Shown here: positions 62,240 through 64,000 of the stretch, piece by piece | Position numbering within the stretch: position 1 is the stretch's first letter | Layout of the letters: each line of letters opens with the position of its first letter | Assembly: GCF_004010195.1 (NCBI RefSeq) | Contig: NC_057718.1 | Location: forward strand, 72,204,071-72,268,070 | From: Chiloscyllium plagiosum | Lineage: Eukaryota | Reading direction: 5' to 3' | Length of the DNA stretch: 64,000 nt | Notes under the pieces: generated by a model | Databases searched by the model: none | Seen by the model: only the letters and a program-made list of their open reading frames with translations | Told to the model about the DNA's origin: nothing | Made by a program: the position numbers and the translations under genes

Positions 62240-63260
62240 CAATGGAAACAGACTCTTCGGTCCAACTAGTCCATGCTGACCATGTTCCCAAACTAAATTA
62301 GTCCCACCTGCCTGAGCTTGGCCCACATCCATCCACATCTTTCCTGTGCATGAACTTATCCAAATGTCTTTTAAACACTGTAAACGTACCTGCATCCACC
62401 ACTTTCTCTGGTTGCTCATTTTACACACAAAAAGAAGTTGCCCCTTATGTCCTTTTTAAATCTTTCTCCTCTCACCTTTTTAACAAATGCCCCCCAGTTT
62501 TGAACTCTTCCACCACAGGGAAAAAAAACATGTCGTTCACCTTATCTATTCCCATCACGATTTTATAATCTCGAAGTCACCCCTCAACCTTTTAGAATTC
62601 CAGTGAAAAAAGTCTCAGTCTTTTAAGTCTATTTGTACATTTCAAACCCTCCGTTCCTGGCATCATTTTGGTAAAATTTTCCTGAACCCTCTCCCGTTTA
62701 ATAATATCTTAGAACAGAGTTGAGGAGAAACTTCTTCATCCAGAGAGTGGTGAGTGTGTGGAATGCTCTGCCCCAGAAGGCTGTGGAGGCCAAGTCTCTG
62801 GATACTTTCAAGAAAGAGTTGGATAGAGCTCTTAAGGTTAGTGGAATCAAGGGTTATGGGGATAAGGCACGAACAGGATACTGATTGAGGATGATCACCC
62901 ATGATCACAATGAATGGTGGTGCTGGCTCGAAGGGCAGAATGGCCTACTCCTGCATCTATTGTCTATCTTTCCTATAACAGGGTGACCAGAAATGCACAC
63001 AGTACTCTGGAATAGGCCTCACCAATGTTCTGCACAACCTTAACATGATGTCTCAACTCCTATACTCAAAGGTCTGAGTAATGAAGGCAAGCATGCTAAA
63101 TGATGCAAATTTCAAAAAATTATGTACATTAGCCCCTTAGGTCTCTCTGTTTCACAACATTACCCAGAGCCCTAGCATTAATTGCATAAGTCCTGTCCTT
63201 GTTTGTATTACCAAAATGCAATACCTCATGTTTATCCAAATTAAACTCCATCTGCCATAT
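62240..63260 (-). mobile_element. Decayed CR1 3' half containing an opposite-strand CR1 3' end (62711-62964)
   Basis: CR1 3' motifs. The inner fragment is flanked by TSD tatctt at 62705-62710 and 62965-62970. Confidence 0.78.
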
Positions 63261-64000
63261 CTGAATACTTTCTTTCCATCATCTCATTCAATTGTAGAAG
63301 TTAAGGCAAATGACTCACATTCCAATGACTAAAGGCACAAGCTCATGACTGCCTGAAATATAAATGCAATTCTTTCCTTTCCCTCATTTGTGTCCCATTA
63401 ATGGTCTACAAGGAAATGCTACAAATCTGTGTTTATATAGATAGTTTACTAAGTGCTAGAAAATATAAAATAATAGGATGGATTTCCTCAACTCGTTAGT
63501 GCCTCATTTCTAATGAGCATCACCCAACAGATGACATAATGCAGTGTTGGGAAACTGCCAGATTTCATAAAAAGTGCAGGATATAATCACATTCTACTGA
63601 TATTGAACTTATGACAACACACTGCCTCACCATCTTCAACAACTTAAAGCTTTTTTTTTGAAGGGAGATCTAAACACAGAATGCACATTTTGCATTTCAA
63701 AAGAAATAATTTAATTCCATCAAATCAACTGACATTCAACATGCAGTCACAGATCTACTGCACAGAAAATTGCCATTCAGGCATTGTGTTTGTGCTGGTC
63801 AAAAACAATCAAACTATTTCTATCCCACGTCCTAGCACGTGGTCTTGTGTGCCTTGGTAATGCAATTAATGTTACGTGGATTCGAGAAGTGCACAAATAT
63901 TCAAGTTGTGGCCAAACCAAAATATTTTATACAGTTCCAGTATAATTGCCCTGCTTTTAAACTCTATGCCTTGGCTACTAAAGGCAAGAATATCAGTACT

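Overview
Repeat-dense vertebrate genomic DNA from a cartilaginous fish, most likely a shark, judged from the HE1-type V-SINEs and CR1/HER1-type LINEs. The only host gene I can support is SERAC1 on the minus strand. Its last four coding exons (36301-36204, 35115-34933, 27553-27410, 25390-25254) splice in frame through GT-AG introns into about 186 C-terminal residues, including the lipase AHSMGG nucleophile motif and the stop codon. Most of the remaining sequence is nested, decayed retroelements: many CR1 LINEs (two near full length with SGNH-esterase ORF1), about 12 tRNA-derived SINEs, Tx1-type LINE fragments, a Rex1/Babar LINE, probable LTR remnants and Penelope-like element (PLE) pieces. There is a 500-N assembly gap at 10524-11023. 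The most notable structure is a family of about 90-240 bp PLE-derived insertions. They carry a minimal hammerhead ribozyme core (CUGAnGA-stem II-GAAA-NGUH), are often fold-back palindromes, and sit in 14-16 bp target-site duplications. Two local rearrangements are also clear: a template-switch inversion-duplication in a Tx1 ORF1, and a SINE fused to 157 nt copied from the nearby SERAC1 intron. Most ORF-track entries are retroelement fragments or noise. Repeat boundaries are approximate unless a TSD is given.
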